Assembly (NCBI RefSeq): GCF_963921235.1
Contig: NC_086109.1
Span: 9,736,001 to 9,800,000 of the forward strand
Direction of reading: 5' to 3'
DNA length: 64,000 nt
DNA from: Mobula hypostoma
Taxonomy: Eukaryota
Shown here: positions 60,350 to 64,000 of the stretch, piece after piece
Layout: each line of letters starts with the position of its first letter
Numbering within the stretch: the stretch's first letter is position 1
Program-made: the position numbers and the translations under genes
Notes under the pieces: model-generated
Seen by the model: only the letters and a program-made list of their open reading frames with translations
What the model was told of the DNA's origin: nothing
Database searches by the model: none

Positions 60350-60644
60350 GGCATCCGTTAGTCTCATGAGACCATGGATTTGCGCCTTGGAAGGTTTCCA
60401 GGGCGCAGGCCTAGGCAAGGTTGTGTGGAAGACCGGCAGTTGCCCATGCTGCAAGTCTCCCCTCTCCATGCCACCGATGTTGTCCAAGGGAAGGGCACTA
60501 GGGCTGATACAGCTTGGCACCGGTGTCATCACAGAGCACTGTGTGGCTAAGTGCCTTGCTCAAGGACACAACATGCTGCCACAGCTGAGGCTCGAACTAG
60601 CGACCTTCAGATCACTAGACCGACGCCCTAACCACTTGGCCACA
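60350..60644 (-). mobile_element. tRNA-head CORE-type SINE with an RTE-like tail and a 9-bp TSD, nested in an RTE-related SINE (about 60215-60880)
   Basis: Reverse complement GTGGCCAAGTGG (box A)...AGTTCGAGCC (box B)...tgtgtccttgagcaaggcactt (CORE-like); TSD tacctgata at 60341-60349 and 60645-60653. Confidence 0.8.
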
Positions 60645-61214
60645 TACCTGATAAATCCAAAAGAACAGCAGTTGGCACCAGTGGCATCACAGGAGTTGTC
60701 AGTCAGGGTTGAACTCAATGTAGGATTGCCTGAGGGAATCCATCTCCATATTTTTCCTCAGGATTCACTCCTGAAGATTTCTCATGTGTGGGTATAGCAT
60801 AAGGCAGCGGAGGTTTGAGATCAGAGTCTTCCTTCTCTTGGATAAGCTGCCATCCATTACCGATGAGCCCCATCTGCCTGAAATTATATTAAATATAGCA
60901 CAAGAAATAAAATGAACAGTCTGACAGCTATATTCTTCCCACATTTTCATCAACAACTGCTTGGTTCTACCACTCACCCACACACTAGGTGGCAAAGTCA
61001 TCTGAGAACTCATACATCTTTGGGATGTAGGAGGAAACCTATGTGGTCACAGGAAAAATGTTGAAGAAATAGTATTCGTATTGGCTTTTAATCATCACAT
61101 GTACTGAGACACAGTAAAAAATCTCTTGCCTTAAGTGCCATCCAGACACATTATGCCATACATAAAGATTAAAGATTTTAAAGATTAGCTTTATTTGTCA
61201 CATGTACATTGAAA

Positions 61215-61704
61215 TGAAGACCATATTAACAGACAGAAAGATGAGCACGCACACTAAAAACAGAATACTGCAGTGCTACATTTATTCTATCTTGACTTAT
61301 GGAAGTGAACGCTGGACTATTTCCCCAGCAATGGAAAAGAGACTAGAAGCAGCTGAATTATGGTTCTACAGGGGAATGTTAAAAATATCATGGACCACAC
61401 ACACATCAAATGAAGAAGTTCTCAGAAGAGCCTAAGCAGTTCGATCACTCGTACCAACAATAAGAGAAAGACAACTCAGATTCCTAGGACACATCATGCG
61501 GAAAGATGAGCTAGAAAAACTCATACTCTCTGGAAAGATTGAGGGGAGTAAACCTAGAGGAAGATCTCGGCTTATGTACATCAAAAGCCTAGCCAGGTGG
61601 CTACACATCGAGGAAATGGAAGTCATCCAGAAAACGAAGGATAGATCTATATGGAAAACCATGGTCACCAAAGTCCGCATTGGATATGGTACCTAGACAG
61701 ACAG
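61215..61704 (+). mobile_element. RTE-clade LINE 3' end with a 9-bp TSD
   Basis: SILTYGSERWT...RLEAAELWFYRGMLKISWT...NEEVL...QLRFLGHIMRK...GKIEGSKPRGR; (AGAC)n tail; TSD acattgaaa at 61206-61214 and 61705-61713. Confidence 0.92.
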
Positions 61705-61984
61705 ACATTGAAACACCAAAACATATAGTGAAATGCATCGTCAATGACTAACACAGTCTAATGATCACCATGTTTCTGGTGTCAACATAGAATGCCAATG
61801 ATAAGCCCAAGAAATACTGCAAATGCTAGAGATCCAAAGCAACACACACAAAATGTTGAAGGAACTCAGCAGGGTAGGCAGAATCTATGGAAATAAATAA
61901 ACAGTTGATGTTTTGGGATGTGACGTTTCGTGCTGAGATGCTTCTTCAGTGTGCTACGATGAGGTAGACCGGGAAATCAAGACT

Positions 61985-62330
61985 TCAAGAATTTATCCTT
62001 TAGCATATGAGAGGACTAATAACAGTGGAATAGAGGGTGTCCCTAAATCTGCTGGTTTGTGCTTTCAGTCTTTTGTGTCTTCTACCCGATGGGGAAGGGG
62101 AAAAGAGAGAATGATCAGGGTTGGATGGGTCCTTGATTATGTTGGTTGCTTTCCCAAGGCAGTGAGAAGTGTACACAGAGTCAATGGAGGGAAGGCTGGT
62201 TTGCATGGTGGACTGGGCTGTGACCACAACTCTCTGCAATTCCTCGCAGTCTTGGACAGAGCAGTTGCTATGCCAAGCTAGGATGCATATGGGTCAATGC
62301 TTACCATGCAGCATCTAGAAAGTTATCAAG
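61985..62330 (-). mobile_element. Rex1/Babar 3' fragment
   Basis: QRVVVTAQSTMQTSLPSIDSVYTSHCLGKATNIIKDPSNPDHSLFSPSPSGRR. Confidence 0.8.
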
Positions 62331-63121
62331 CTCAAGTTCAAGTTTGTTGTTCTGTGACTGCACATATACTGTATAACAACCAAATGAAACAATGTTCCTC
62401 CAGACCACGGTGCACCAACAAAACAGATATCACTCGCAGCACATAAAACAAAATATTACTAAAAATAAGTTAATAAAAATATAATTCCCTAAGTGCATGC
62501 AGAGCAGAGCACAGATAAACAGTAGAAACTTCATTGTCCTAGGGATGGGATCTCAGTGGTGGCAGGGTATTCATTAGTCTCACAGCCTGGGGGAAGAAGC
62601 TGTTACCCAGTCTGGCAGTCCTAGCCCTGATGCTCCTGTGCTTCTTTCCTGACAGAAGTGGGTCAAGTGATTGTGGAATGGATGGTTACAGATCCTCAAC
62701 AATACTTTTGGCCCTTCCTATAAAACATCCCTGGTAAATAAATGTCACAAATGGGGGCGGGGGGGCGGGGAGAGGGAGAAACTCATGCTCATGTATTAGT
62801 GATTAAATACGGACATTCCTGCTCCATAAATCTGAGTCTACAATGCTGTTTCATCACTGTCTTGTAATGATACAATAATACGTAACATGACATTATAATG
62901 CAATAGAAATTATTAGAGTGTATTCTGGAGTTAGCGTATATAGCAACTATTAATTTCACCAACAACCAATCTTCAGACATAGACATGGATTGTAGATTGA
63001 ATTTAAAATGCAGCCCTGTACAATAGCATTCCTGGAGCTGTAGACTAGAGTTGATTGCAAACCAGACAATTCTGATTAACATTCATTTTGGGTGTCTGGA
63101 GCGTGAGTGAGAAGAAGGAGG

Positions 63122-63357
63122 TGTGTGAAAACTGTATGTAATTCAAAGGAAGCATTGTAGATACATTGTAATGATAGAATTGTCCTGTGGTTATCCTCCA
63201 TCTTTAGGATATAAAAATGTCATGTAATATTGGGTCGGGAGGCCTTTTCCTCCAGGAGTGTCTCAATATGAAGCCTGTTGCTCGTTTTTGTTGAATAAAA
63301 CACTTCTACATCTATTAACTTCAGTGTTTCTCCAGTGACTTTGCTCATGGTACAACA
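63122..63357 (+). mobile_element. Probable LTR of a second family
   Basis: Purine tract gagaagaaggagg, then TG...TATAAAA (about 63210)...AATAAA (about 63294)...ACAACA. No clear TSD. Confidence 0.45.
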
Positions 63358-63862
63358 GAAATGAGTTCCGGCATATTATAATAATGGAAGAAGAATTCAA
63401 TGAACATCTCATTCATTTTGGAGTTATGATTGAGGATTTTCCCCTGATCGCTTCATTATTACACTGTTACTTGTGGGAGTTTGCTGTAGCTAGTCAGTAG
63501 ACAATACTTCCTATGAGACTGAGCACAATGTAAAGTATTTGGTGTGTTATTAAAGAGACATGAACAATAAATGTTCTTTATAATACACTTTTACCATTCT
63601 TACAATGGGCAGTGCATTGTGAATTCTGAGCAGTGCATGTGAGCAGTTTTGGGCTCATATCTACGAAAGGATGTGCTGACATTGGAGAGGGGCCTGATAT
63701 AGGTCTTAGCCCAGAACATCAACCATTTATTCCTCTCCATACATGCTGCCTGACCTACTGAGTTCCTCCAGCATTTTGTGTCTGTTGCTCTGGATTTTCA
63801 GCAACTACAGAATCTCTTGTATTCAAGAGAATGATCCTAGAAACGAAAGGGTTAATGTATGA

Positions 63863-64000
63863 ACGCAAACACGAGGAATTCTACAGATGCTGGAAATTCA
63901 AGCAACACACACCAAAGTTGCTGGTGAACGCAGCAGGCCAGGCAGCATCTCTAGGAAGAGGTACAGTCGATGTTTCAGGCCGAGACCCTTCGTCAGGACT
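63863..64000 (-). mobile_element. Young Penelope-type terminal repeat with a hammerhead motif, cut by the window edge
   Basis: Near-identical to the reverse complement of 28971-29106; AGUC-CUGACGA-AGG(GUCUCGG)CCU-GAAAC-AUC-GACUG. Confidence 0.88.

Noticed and set aside
1228..64000. SLC26A9 or other neighbouring-gene coding exons expected from synteny
   Set aside because: No matching peptide was found by eye; short exons could have been missed.

Overview
This is repeat-dense vertebrate genomic DNA. The repeat content (V-domain/HE1-like tRNA SINEs, CR1, Rex1/Babar, Penelope) points to a cartilaginous fish, probably a ray; this is an inference. The only host coding sequence I can support is a short terminal coding exon at 1144-1227 (+). 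It encodes ISEEKDMYLTNSISLGDQDTTERRKCC*, which resembles the C-terminus of RAB7B and is absent from the ORF track. The rest is mostly transposable elements, often nested: CR1, L2, L1, Rex1/Babar, RTE, Penelope, Gypsy internal sequence and LTRs, Chapaev, Tc1/mariner and several SINE families. The most striking signal is a large set of Penelope-type terminal repeats carrying minimal type I hammerhead ribozyme motifs. Several occur as small (about 190-550 bp) non-coding fold-back insertions, each flanked by its own 12-14 bp target-site duplication (TSD), and the best-preserved one has an intact ribozyme motif on each strand. One fold-back sits about 430 nt downstream of the putative RAB7B stop codon. 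Element boundaries were read by eye and are approximate unless a TSD is quoted. All family assignments come from motif recognition, not database searches.
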